Positions 39,911 to 51,843 of a stretch of DNA of 64,000 nucleotides are shown piece after piece. Below the pieces are notes generated by a model. That model was not told the origin of the DNA and made no database searches. It saw only the letters and a program-made list of their open reading frames with translations. Each line of letters opens with the position of its first letter. Position 1 is the stretch's first letter. The position numbers and the translations under genes are program-made. This DNA is from Octopus vulgaris (lineage: Eukaryota): NCBI GenBank assembly GCA_951406725.2, contig OX597841.1, positions 13,330,001-13,394,000 on the forward strand, in the 5' to 3' direction.

Positions 39911-42900
39911 TGCGCATACATACACATATATAAAGTAATGATTATAAACGATATTATAGAAACTTGTTCGTTCCCAAAATTTATTTTCTCTGGTTTCATA
40001 ATTGCTGAAATCTACTCCAGACTGCATTACTGTCCAGTGGAGCAAATATGGAATTACCCATCGGAACAGTTCACTGTGTGACTGACAACTAATAGTAGTT
40101 GCAGACGTTGAATATTTGATCAATGTGGTTAGCCATAAAGTGGAACATAACTGAGAGCCACCACAGTATCCACCCGGATAGTATAGCACTCCAAAATCAT
40201 GTGTCTTTTCCATGTTGGCATGGGTTATATATAATGGGTGAAGACCCCCCCCCCCCTTCAATCATGAATGACCAGGGGATTGCACCTAGAAAGTTACTCT
40301 CTGCGGCACAAGTCTGGGCAAGATTGCTTATAGAAGACCAGCAGTCGCCCATGCATACCGGCCTCCCCTCTCTGCACTGCTATATGTACATAGGGTAAAG
40401 GATAAAGACCCCCTTTGGTCATGGATGATCATGGGATTGCACCTAGAAAGTTCCCCTGAGGCACGAGTCTAAGCAAGTTTGTTTATGGAAGACCAGCAGT
40501 TGCCCATGCATACCAGCCTCCCCCCCTCTCCATGCCACTGATGTTATCCAAGGAAAAGGCAAAGGGGCCGATACAGCTTGGCATCAGTGATGTTGCAACT
40601 CATTTCTACAGCTGAGTGAATTGGAGCAACGTGAAATAAAGGGTCTTGCTCAAGAACACAACACACAGTCCGGTCCAGGAATTGAACTCACTGACTCATT
40701 CTTAGTATGTGTGCAGTGGGTGACAACACAAGCATGCATGTGTGCAACATGTGGTAACTCACTCTTTCTACTCGTTTGTGCAGACGGAGGTGCGTTAACA
40801 TGCAGCCCCAGACACACACACACACACATAAGTATCTTTACCAGGTATTTTAGTGCTAGTTATAAAATGACTATAATTAGTGCAATCAGGCCAGCCAGAC
40901 ACACAGACAGATGTCTGGACAGTCAGTAAGATTGGACGGTCGGTAGGACTGGACAGTTGAACAACAGTTATGCAGACCCTGTGCAAGTGAAAAATAACAC
41001 CTCGCTTCATTTTGGAATTCCCCCTCCCCCCTGCCTTCTACTTCATAATTAGCGGTCATCACTGACCAATGAATCTCCCCTCTCCTTCACTTACTGCAGC
41101 CACCCCCCCCCCGTCCTCGGCCTTTCTCTCCCCCCCCCCCCTGTAATTAACAGATTGTTGTCACCCACCTTCCATATCTGGAGGTATTTGCGTTGCACAG
41201 TTTGGTGTGTCATCTCAGGTGCTAAACAAGTGCTTGTTGTTGTTGTTGTCCTGACGAAGCTGACCTAAGTTGAGAAATATTCCAGATGTGGCCATCCCAG
41301 CTTTTGTTATTCAGACAAAGTGTGTCTAGAACTAAATGTCTTATCATATGTCCTGTTGTTATGTAGCTTAGAAGGCGTGTGACCAGAAGAGGTCCATTTA
41401 TGACCATCCCATCTTACCCTCTTTTGTTCAGACATAGTTTATCTAAGACTATCTCATCTAATGTACCCCTGCTAATTATTGTTTAGCCCTAGGTCAGTCC
41501 TGATCCTGTAGACCTATAATGGAAGGTGTTCCAGCAATGGCCAGTTTTGCTGAGGAGGTTGTAATGATGTTGAAACAGACTTCAAGTTGTATGACCTTTA
41601 CTGCTAAAAATCATTTCTTGTCTCTCACCCACCCCTTGAACTGTTACCAGTTTTAACCCTTTAACTTTCAGATTATTCTGTCAATTGTAATCCTCATTTA
41701 TTCTCATTGTTTTGGATTAATTCTGCATCGGGCCGACCAATGCCTTGTGAGTGGATTTGGTAGACGGAAACTGAAAGAAGCCCGTCATATATATGTATAT
41801 ATATATATATATGTGTGCGTGTGTGTTTGTGTGTGTCCCCCTAGCATTGCTTGACAACCGATGCTGGTGTGTTTACGTCCCCGTCACTTAGCGGTTCGGC
41901 AAAAGAGACCGATAGAATAAGTACTGGGCTTACAAAGAATAAGTCCCGGGGTCGAGTTGCTCGACTAAAGGCGGTGCTCCAGCGTGGCCACAGTCAAATG
42001 ACTGAAACAAGTAAAAGAGTAAAGAGTTATCTCATGACTTAGAAATTTCAATGATGGGATTGTTTATTTTTAGAACGACATTGTAAGGTAGGTGTGAGAG
42101 GCTGGATCTGGTCAGCTAGAATATTTAGGTTGGATTAAATGCTAAGGGGTTGATTTCTTATCTTCTTAAAGAATTAGTGATTTCAAATAAGATTGTTTCA
42201 GCCCTTGTTTTCCTCCTCCTCTTCCTCCCCTCCCACCATCACCACCACCACCTCCTTGTAATCTACTTTTGCTGCCTCTGGCCATCCACCCTGTCTCCCC
42301 TACTTCTGTGTCGCATCTGCCATCTCTAACTCCTACTCTCTCTTTTTCTTTCTGCCTGTCTTTCTCTCTCCCTCTCTGCCTGTCTCTCTTTCCCTCTCTG
42401 CCTTTCTGTCTCTCCTTCTCTGCCTTTTTCTCTCTCTCTCTGCCTTTTTCTCTCTCTCCCTCTCTTTCTCTCTCCCTGTCTCCCTTCACCTCTCTCCCCT
42501 TCTCCCCCTCCTAGTTATCCTCTTTACTCACCCCCACCCCCACCCCGCCAAATTCACAGACCAAACAGGGTTAGCAGAAAGGTCGTGTTGTCAGGTTAAC
42601 TCGAGGTCATCCGAGGTCGCAAAAAGATCAGGTCACAAGCGGTCTTGTCTTTCCTTTTCCTGTAATGCAACTGACAAGATGGGGGGTGGGGGTGTATACG
42701 CAACGCCAGCATCATGCACGTGTACATGCACACGCATATACACACATATATAGATATGGGTGTGCATGCGAAGGGTGTGGTTTTTGTTCCTCCTCGTTTT
42801 AATGATGGAGGGGTGTGTGTGTGTGTGTGATTAGAGAGCTCTAGATACCAGGTACCCACCACCCGACCACCCTCCCCCCCCGTTAGTGTGGTACTTATCT

Positions 42901-43005
42901 AGACCCACCCACCCCAGGGCTATGCCACCCTTTACTCTCTCTCTCTCTCTCTCTCTCTTCCCCCCATACCTATTACTCTACGTTCAAACACCCTCCCTCA
43001 TTTCC

Positions 43006-43036
<31 letters not shown>

Positions 43037-43206
43037 ATTCTCACTTTGTCTCTCTCTGTCTGTCTCTCTCTCTCTCTATGTATTTACACCTTGTGTGCAC
43101 AATTAGGTTTACGTCTTTTGAGTTAGAGCTCCACATAGACTATCATCCTCCAGTCAGCTTCCAGTTTGGTGGTTAGTCAATCACTGCACTTAATAGTGTT
43201 ACTCTC

Positions 43207-43680
43207 CTTATGAGAGCTCAAAATCTCTCGTGGAAGCGCCATCCATCCAAAATGCAAATATATGGGAAATTATCACCTGTGTCATCTCTTGTGAAAGGTA
43301 GGAGAGTCCAGTTTGCTGGACATTGTTGTAGAGCTGAAAAAGAGGTCATTTCTACTCTTCTCCTCTGGAAGCCATCTACTCGCAATACCAGAGGGCGCAC
43401 ACTCTCCTACCCTGATGTAATCTCCAGGGATACAGGCATCCAGCAACAGGACCTCCGTAATGCCATGATGGACCGTGAAGTCTGGCGTAACATAGTAAAT
43501 TCCATTGTCTCGACCACGGTCGTGATACCAGAGGGTGCACACTCTCCTACCCTGATGTAATCTCCAGGGATACAGGCATCCAGCAACAGGACCTCCGTAA
43601 TGCCATGATGGACCGTGAAGTCTGGCGTAGCATGGTAAATTCCATTGTCTCGACCACGGTCGAACAATGATGATGATGAG
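43207..43680 (+). mobile_element. RTE-clade LINE 3' fragment with a tandemly duplicated 3' end and (GAT)n tail
   Basis: RRVQFAGHCCR...LLWKPSTRNTRGR...YPDVISRDTG...AMMDREVWR. The ~138-bp segment 43386-43522 is repeated at 43525-43661. Confidence 0.85.
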
Positions 43681-44586
43681 TGTTACTAATTATGATATAC
43701 AGAGCAGATGTAGGGAAAAATTAAGATGAACACAAGTTCCTTCCTTGTTACCCATAACTTTCCAATCTCACTTTCAGGCACAATATACCCAGGGCTATAC
43801 TCTACTAGATACAAAAACGTTGTTCCTTTCTTAAGATACTAAGAATGTGACAAGTGATTTAACTGCTATTTCTTGCAGGTCAAGGGATGGCATGGGGCAA
43901 TCATGAGCAAACTGGGACCCATTTGGGTTTCTGGAGGGTTCACCTAATTTCACGAGGAAAATAGTTATTAAAATTGTTTATGGTAGTGTGGTCCCTCTGA
44001 TGATGAGCCAGGCCTCCTGTGGCCTGTGCCCCAAAAAAGGGCTCCCCATAGCTGTCATAGTGGCACTATTTTGTGGTTTATCTGTTGCTGTGCATCTTTT
44101 TATTTTACACTCCTTCCACCTCACTGGCCCCTTTGCTTTGTTGTCCCCTAGCACTTCATTGTTCTCTTGTGCTCTGCCAGGCCCAGCCCCCCCACCACTT
44201 TGTGCTCTGTTGGTTCCTATGTGCTTTGTGCCCCTCCCCTTTGCTCTTCATCAACCCCCCCTCACACTTCGTAGCCTCCCATCATGCCTCATAGTACTCC
44301 CCACCCTGCTCTATCCCTTCTCCCCTTGAAAGCCCTGTGTCTCATCCCCCTCCATTCCCCCCTTTCTTACACCTTGTTGCGCCTTCCATCTTGCTCCCTA
44401 CCTGTTTTCCTCATCTTTCTTGCCCCCCTACTCTTGTATCCTACTCTCACCTAATATTTGCCATATGAAAATACTGGCTCGTTTATACCACTGCTGTGCA
44501 ATAATAATAATAATTTATTATTATTATTATTATTATCAAAAATAACAAAAATAATATACTGTTTTATGTATTTTCTTCAATTGCAG

Positions 44587-44612
44587 GTGCTTAACTGTAG
44601 ATTAAAGATGAG
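44587..44612 (+). other. Candidate 26-nt micro-exon (possibly talin 5' UTR)
   Basis: ttttatgtattttcttcaattgcAG|gtgcttaactgtagattaaagatgAG|GTAAGG: consensus acceptor and donor 26 nt apart on the talin strand. Confidence 0.4.
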
Positions 44613-44617
44613 GTAAG

Positions 44618-45163
44618 GTACCTGCACAGGCTGTCCCCTGCACAGACTGTCCCCATTCATGGTACCTGCACGAACTGTCCTTTGCACAGACTGTCCCCAT
44701 TCACGGTACCTGCACGGACCGTCCCCTTTCATGGTACCTGCACAGGCCGTCCCCATTCACGGTACCTGCACGGACCGTCCCCATTCACGGTACCTGCACG
44801 GACCGTCCCCATTCACGGTACCTGCACGGACCGTCCCCATTCACGGTACCTGCATGGACCGTCCCCATTCACGGTACCTGCACGGACCGTCCCCGTTCAC
44901 GGTACCTGCACGGACCATCCCCATTCATGGTACCTGCACGGACCGTCCCCGTTCACGGTACCTGCACCGACCCTCCCCGTTCACGGTACCTGCACGGACC
45001 GTCCCCATTCACGGTACCTGCATTGGCCGTCCCCGTTCACGGTACCTGCACGGACCGTCCCCATTCACGGTGCCTGCATGGACCGTCCCCATTCACGGTG
45101 CCTGCATGGACCGTCCCCTTTCACGGTGCCTGCACGGGCCGTCCCCATTCACGGTACCTGCAC
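44618..45163. repeat. GC/CpG-rich 28-bp minisatellite (~19 copies)
   Basis: Unit ggtacctgcacggaccgtccccattcac, period 28. Confidence 0.95.
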
Positions 45164-45171
45164 TAAGTGTA

Positions 45172-45211
<40 letters not shown>

Positions 45212-45933
45212 TATAAATTAGAGATAAAACCGCTATTATAGTGGTTTTATCTCGAATTTATATTTTATATATTTATATTGTGAAATTTGATTTAATACTA
45301 AATTGAATTTTTCCCTATAAGTTTGGAGTTATACTCCCTAATATTCTTCTTCTTATTATATATATATTTATGGCATTAAAAATTTTCTTTTGCCCTTATC
45401 TTGTAAATCATTTATAAATTCAACCTTTAAAGGTATTTTTTGATATGCTGTCCATTGATAAAAAATTTTTCCCGAAAAAAATGTTATTCTACATTAGTTA
45501 TATATTTATGTATATTATGAGCTGAGGATTGTAATGTCTGTCTGTCTGTCGAGCCTTAGTTTTCATGTGTTAGTGTGGTGGTCATTGAAATCATATCACA
45601 TTACATACATGCACACACTATTAAGAGCCTGTTTACAAGTGTGTGTGTGTGTTGGGGGTCATGTGTGTCGTGCTATCCTAGACACATGAGTGCAGTGGTG
45701 TCATGTGGGCCTATGGCTTTGTTATGTGTGTGTGTGTGTGTATCCTCTTAGATACATGAGAACGGTGTTGTAAGTTTATAATGTTAATGTGTGTGTGTGT
45801 ATCCGTGATCTGTGTGTGGCTGTTAGGTGTCGTGTAAGCTGTGACATCCGAGATACACATGGACAGTATTGCAATGTAGGACTATGACCTTAGTTTGCGT
45901 ATGTAGTGTTTAATTTGTATGTTATTTATGAGT

Positions 45934-46430
45934 GAAGGTGCCTGGCTCAGTGGTTAGAGAACTGGGCTTATGGTCATGAGGTTGTGAGTTCGATTCCCAG
46001 ACCGGGCCGCAGGTTGTGTTCTTGAGCAAGACACTTTATTTCACGTTGCTCCAGTTCACTCAGCTGTAGAAATGAGTTGTGACGTCACTGGTACCAAGCT
46101 GTATTGGCCCCTTCACCTTTCCCTTGGATAACATTGGTGGCACGGAGAGGGGAGGCTGGTATGCATGGATGACTGCTGGTCTTCCATAAACAATCTTGCT
46201 CGGATTTGTGCCTCAGAGGGGAACTTTCTAGGTGCAATCCCACATTCATGACCGAAGGGACTCTTTACCCTTCTTTGCCCTATGTACATATAATGATGTG
46301 GAGAGGGGGAGGCTGGTATGCATGGGCAACTGCTGGTCTTCCATGAACAACCTTGCCCAGAGATGTGCCACAGAGGGGAATTTTCTAGGCGCAATCCCCT
46401 GGTCATTCATGACCGAAGGAAGGTTTTTAC
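45934..46430 (+). mobile_element. tRNA-derived SINE family 4 with a duplicated 3' module
   Basis: tggctcagtggttag...gagttcgattccc, then cttgagcaagacactttatttcac, then two copies of gctggtatgcatgg...ctaggtgcaatcc. Relatives at 40250-40690 (-) and 59225-59690 (+); the head is shared with 26230-26560 (-) and 62490-62800 (+). Confidence 0.75.
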
Positions 46431-46684
46431 CCACAGCCATTGCTATGTTCTGCCAAGGTCAACTTTGCCTTTCATCCTTTCGCGATCAATAAATTAAGTA
46501 CCAGTTGCATACTGGGGTCGAAGGAATCGACTTAACCCCATCCTCCAAATTTCAGGCCTTGTGCCTATAATAGAAAGGATTATTATTATTATTAAAAAGG
46601 TGCAAGCTGGCTAAATTGGTGGCGTGTCTGTATGTGTGAGCAATTTCTTTGTGTCTGAAATAATTGTAAGGCATTTATAGAAAA

Positions 46685-47479
46685 CTAGCAGTATCACCCG
46701 GCGTTGCTCGGGTTTGTAAGGGAAATAACTATATAAGTATTTTTAGAGATGTAAAGTATAATAGCCATCTCAATATGGCTAACCACGAAGGGGGGTGTTA
46801 CTGTAGCATTTTACGTTCTGAGATTTAATAATACATTTTTAGAGAGTTACTTCCCTTATATATGCCAAAAATGCATTAAAAATGGGAAAAATTGATGGTA
46901 AATTCTTTTTAAAATCGTAGACTCATCGTAGACGCGCGCTAATACCCAGAAGGGCTCGATATGAATCACGACTATAAGACACCCGGTTTTGGTTAAACTG
47001 CACCGCAAAATGTGGGAGTAGTTAGGAATCTAAATCGTAGGAGACAGACCGAAGAAAGGCTGAGGACGCTCGACCTTTATTCTCTTGAAAAACGCCGCCG
47101 CCGTAGTGATCTCATTCTCGCCCACAACATAATAAGCGGAAAGTGTAACCTCTCGAAAGAGCTGTTCTTCACTCCTGCTCCAGAGCGTCGACTGCGGGGT
47201 CATTCCGAAAAGCTCTACCTGCGACGATTTCATCTCAATCGAAGGAGAGGAGCTTTCTCCGTCCGGGTTGCGGATCCGTGGAACAAGCTGCCAGACGAGA
47301 TGGTGAAGATGCCGACGACCGCTTTGTTCAAAGCCTCCCTGGACCTCATGTGGCCTGAACTCTTTACATGAACACCACCCTGTACTTAACTCCATGTCCC
47401 CCTACATGGCCTTGCTATTTGCTTTTGAGCCAAATTAACTAACTAACTAACTAACTAACCTCATTTTTATATATAAAGA
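46685..47479 (-). mobile_element. Non-autonomous Helitron
   Basis: On the minus strand it begins A|TCTTTATATATAAAAATGAG and ends with the hairpin acccgagcaacgccgggt followed by gatactgCTAG|T. This gives TC...CTAG termini, a sub-terminal hairpin and an A|T target. Confidence 0.8.
47051..47459 (+). mobile_element. CR1-clade LINE 3' fragment nested in a Helitron
   Basis: EERLRTLDLYSLEKRRRRSDLI...WNKLPDEMV; (AACT)n tail; Helitron sequence on both sides. Confidence 0.9.
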
Positions 47480-47814
47480 TTTCATTAAGGATTCTGTTTT
47501 AGTAAAAGTTATGAGGGAACAAAGTGTTGCGGGAAGCACTTATGTGGGTGTGCCCCGAGGGACCGTGAAGAGTTATGTACTACAGAGATGCATGAATGCA
47601 GTACTGCAATGTAGGTCTACAGTGTTAACTTGCATGCATATGCATGTGCAGCAGTTTGCACCAGCTGCACTATCTCTTGGATACTTCGACAGTCGTGTAT
47701 GAAGAAAGAAAGGTTTTGTTTTGCTGTTTACCATTTGTTCTGTTGAAGAACAAACGGTAAACAGGTGATGTCTGAGGAACAAGATACACCGTCTCTTGGT
47801 ACAGCGCCAGTTCA

Positions 47815-48105
47815 TGGTGGTGGTGGTGGAGGTGGTGGCACTGGTGGTGGTGATGGTGGTGGCGATGGAGGTGGCGATGATGGTGGAGGTGGTGGTGGTG
47901 GTGGCGATGGTGGTGATGGTGGCACTCGTGGTGGTGGCGATGGTGGAGATGGTCGTGGTGGTGGTGGTGGAGATGGTGGTGGTGGTGGCACTGGTGGCGA
48001 TGGTGGAGGTGGTGGAGATGGAGATGGTGGTGGTGGTGGAGGTGGTGATGGTGGTGGTATTGGCGGTGGTGGTGGTGTCAGGGATAGATGGGGTGGTAGC
48101 GGCGG
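47815..48105. repeat. (GGT/GAT)n low-complexity block
   Basis: Direct reading. Confidence 0.9.
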
Positions 48106-49899
48106 TGCAGTTTTGTTGATTGAATTGGTCCACCGCATCCCCCAGTACGTTACAGGTATTTTTGCTTTAACCTAGTTGTTGTTGTTGTTGTATCTATTGA
48201 GACATGCATTGTAAGTTCAGTTGCAGCTGCAGCTTGTGTCGAACATTGCAAACACGATGCACGCGTTTATGGTGCAGCCGAGCCTAAGCAGGAATCTATG
48301 GATGTGCAGCAGGGTGGAAGATGCAGCTGTTTGTATACCGTCTCTGTGTGTGTGCACGTGCAGTGTGTGTGTCTGTGTGTCTCTGTGCATTACGTGTGAG
48401 TGTATATATGGTGTATTGTGTGTTTTTGTGTGTGTTTTTGTGTGTGTGTCTGTGTGTGTGTGTGTCTTTGTGTTTGTGTATGTGTGTGTGTGTGTGTGTG
48501 TGTGGTGTGTCTGTGTGTGTGGTGTGTCTGTGTGTTTGTCTGTGTATGTGTGTGTGTGTCTTTGTGTGTGTGTGTCTTTGTGTGTTTGTGTGTGTGTGTG
48601 TGTGTTAGGTGTGTCTGTGTGTGTGTGTCTGTGTGTGTGTGTCTGTGTGTGTGTGTCTGTATGTTTGTGTCTTTGTGTGGTGTATTTTTTGGGGCTTGTA
48701 TCTTTGTGCGTATATTTAGATGTTTGCGTATTCTCTATTTATATTTACGCAGGAGTTCACACACACTTGTATCTATAATGCATCCAAATATCTACATAAA
48801 ATTGTTTTGTGAACATACATGCATATATCTATCTGTATGTGAATGTATGTATATGTGTGCGCACACACACACACACACACACAGGGCAATCACCAAGTTC
48901 AACACAGATTCTCTTCATATTTTCCTTTTTCTCCATGCACAGACACATGGAGTTCTAATTTCTTATGTTGTTGCACTTTAACTGCACAGTGGCTGTGTGG
49001 TAAGAAGCTTGCTTCCCAACCACATGGTTCTGGGTTCAGTCCCACTGCATAGCACCTTGGGCAAGTGTCTTCTATACCCACAGTCCAACCAAAGACTTGT
49101 GGGTGGATTTGGTAGACGGAAACCGAAAGAAGCCCGTCCTGTATATATAAATATATATATTTGTTGGTGTGTCTGTGTTGGTGTGTTTAAGTTCCCATAC
49201 GTTAGCAGTTTGGCAAAAAGAAACTGATAGAATAAGTACTAGGCTTACAAGTCCTGGGGTCGATTTACTCGGCTAAAGGCAGTGCTCCAGCATGGCCGCA
49301 TTCAAATGACTGAAACAAATAAAAGAATATATAAAAATATATATATATATGTATGTATATATAAGATGCAGACATGGCTGTGTGTAAGGGGTTTGCTTCT
49401 CAACCACATGGTTCCAGGTTCAGTCCCACTTCATGGCTCTTTGGGCAAGTGCCTTTTATTATGGTCCTGGGTCCATCAATGTCTCATGTGACTATTGCAT
49501 GTTTCTCCTAGCTTCTCTCTCTCACTTTCTCTCTCTCTCTGTTATTGTTTCTCTTCTCTTTCCTCTCTTTATCTCACTCCCTTTTTCTTTCTCTCATTCT
49601 TATGTATCCATCTCTCTCTCCTCTCTCACATTCTCTCACTCACTCACTCTCTCTCTCTCTCTCTCTCTCCCTGATTCTCCCACTCAGACACTTCCCACTT
49701 CCCTTCACCCTCACAGCTACTCTCTCACATTTCCACACACCACTCACCCCGTCACTCCTCCCTCCTCCCATCGTCCATCTCTCTCTCCTACTCTTCCTAC
49801 CCCTCTCAACCCCTCCACCACCTCCATAGCCCTAACCTCCATTTACCAAGTATTACAGAACACATCGTTGTTGCTCTTCTTCTTGTTGCTGTTGTTGTA

Positions 49900-50364
49900 A
49901 CTATATGCGATGGCAGCGGGGCAGGGAGGGGGGGCGTGGTCAGGCTTCATCCGTGAACGAATCAACTGGAGCGGAGCAGCAGGCTGAATGCTAGTCTCCA
50001 TGGTTGAATGGCTCAGGTATTGGCCAGAACTAAATCCTGCCAAGACATTTCTTCCGTCTGGCAACTGACCTGCTTTCAATGGAAATGGCTTTTAAAAGCC
50101 CCGGCTCTGCTCTCTGCGAATCTTCTTCTCCACTCATTCCGCAGAACGAATGAAATTTCGCTTTCCTTCCTTCCTGCCTTCCTTTCTTTCTCCCCCCCCC
50201 CTCTTTCTTCGTTTCTTCTTTTTTCTTCTTTCTATTCATATCTATTCATTCTTGTCTATGTCTCTCTCTGTCTGTGTGTCTCTATCCAATCATGTCTGTC
50301 TATCAATTTATCCATTTGTCTGTCTGTCTGTCTGTCTCTGTGTCTCAGTCTGTCTGTCTCTATC

Positions 50365-50395
<31 letters not shown>

Positions 50396-50591
50396 CTGTC
50401 TGTCTGTCTGTCTATCTCTGTCTGTCTGTCTCTGTCTCCTCTCTCTCTCTCTCTATCTAACTGTCTCTCTCTCCTCTCTCTCTATCTAACTCTCTCTCTA
50501 TCTATCAGTCTCTCTTTCTCTCTCCATCTCTCTCTCTCTGCCTCTCTATCTATCTATTTATCTATCAGTCTCTGGATGTTGTAAGGTAAGT
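49900..50591 (+). promoter_or_regulatory. Candidate alternative promoter/first exon (or 17-nt micro-exon 50569-50585) ending at a perfect donor
   Basis: Non-repetitive GC-richer island at 49900-50160 with a GC-box-like GGGGCGTGG (~49931), TTTAAAAG (50091) and Inr-like TCATTC (50134). Perfect AAG|GTAAGT donor at 50586, 8.2 kb upstream of the talin acceptor. Confidence 0.3.
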
Positions 50592-51438
50592 GTACCTGTT
50601 CACCAGAGTGCCAGTGTTCTGAGAGAGACGTTCTGCAGAAGAGGAATTGGTTGCTGTGTGCAAGGGAGGAGACCACAAGAAAGCTTCCTACCACAGCCAT
50701 GCCTGCATCTTATATATATATGTGGTCATGTGATGTGGAGGGATGCTGACAGCTCTATGAAGAACAGCCTCAGAATGCTGAACCTTTATGGTGAGATAAC
50801 AAAGCACTTCGGTGCTTGGGGCCTGACTGTACTTCAGGAAACTTGTACTATATGGCAGGAGTGCTAAGACCAATCCTTTTGGTGGTGGTTCCACATTAAA
50901 GCACTCAGCGCCACTCTTTAACCTGGCTGGCATCAGGAAGGGCATCCAGCCATAGAAAACCATTCCAAGTCAAACTGGGGTCTGGTGCATCTCTCCAGGT
51001 TGCCAGCTCTGGTCAAACTGTTCAACCCATGCCATCATGGGACAATGGATGTTAAATAATGATGAAGATGAGGATCATTATCATCATTTAACCTCCATTG
51101 TCCATGCTGGCATGGGTGGAACGGTTTGATCAGGCTGGCACTCTGGAAGGCTGCACCAGACTCCAGTCTGATTTGACATGGTTTTCTACAGCTGGATGCC
51201 CTTCCTAACGTCAACCACTCCAAGAGTGTAACAGGTGCTTTTATGTGCCATTTGCATGACACTGGGGTGAATTTACATGCCACTGGCACAGGTGCCAATT
51301 TGTGTGACACCAGAATCTGCGATTTTGCTTGTCTTGATGCCAAAGGCCTCATTTGTCATTGCCTCTGTGAGGCCCAACACTCAAAAGGAACCTCAGCCAC
51401 TTTGCCTCTGTGAAGCAAAGTGCTGATATATGTCTATA

Positions 51439-51843
51439 CTCTTTTACTCTTTTACTTGTTTCAGTCATTTGACTTCAGCCATGCTGGAGCACCGCCTTTA
51501 GTCGAGCAAATCAACCCCGGGACTTATTCTTTGTAAGCCCAGTACTTATTCTATCGGTCTCTTTTGCCGAACCGCTAAGTGACGGGGACGTAAACACACC
51601 AGCATCGGTTGTCATGCAATGCTAGGGGGACAAACACAGACACACAAACACATACATATATATATATATATACATATATACGACGGGCTTCTTTCAGTTT
51701 CCGTCTACCAAATCCACTCACAAGGCATTGGTCGGCTCGGAACTATTGCAGAAGACACTTGCCCAAGATGCCATGCAGTGGGAACGAACCCGGAACCATG
51801 TGGTTGGTTAGCAAGCTACTTACTACACAACCACTCCTGCGCC
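51439..51843 (-). mobile_element. SINE family 1 copy
   Basis: Full-length reverse-strand match. Confidence 0.85.

Noticed and set aside
44659-45221. ~180-aa repetitive ORFs; CRISPR-like periodicity
   Set aside because: A 28-bp head-to-tail minisatellite with no unique spacers; it is open in all frames only because the unit lacks stops.
45934-46005. tRNA gene candidates at SINE heads (also 26661, 61930, 62845)
   Set aside because: A and B boxes are present, but I could not fold an intact cloverleaf, and each continues into SINE body sequence.
47585-47650. Three TGCATG (RBFOX-type) motifs
   Set aside because: TGCATG is frequent by chance in this TG/CA-rich DNA, and no supported exon lies nearby.
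47765-48175. Gly-rich ORF MSEEQDTPSLGTAPVHGGGG... and the Pro-rich antisense ORF
   Set aside because: Almost entirely (GGT/GAT)n microsatellite; the unique N-terminus is too short to support a gene.
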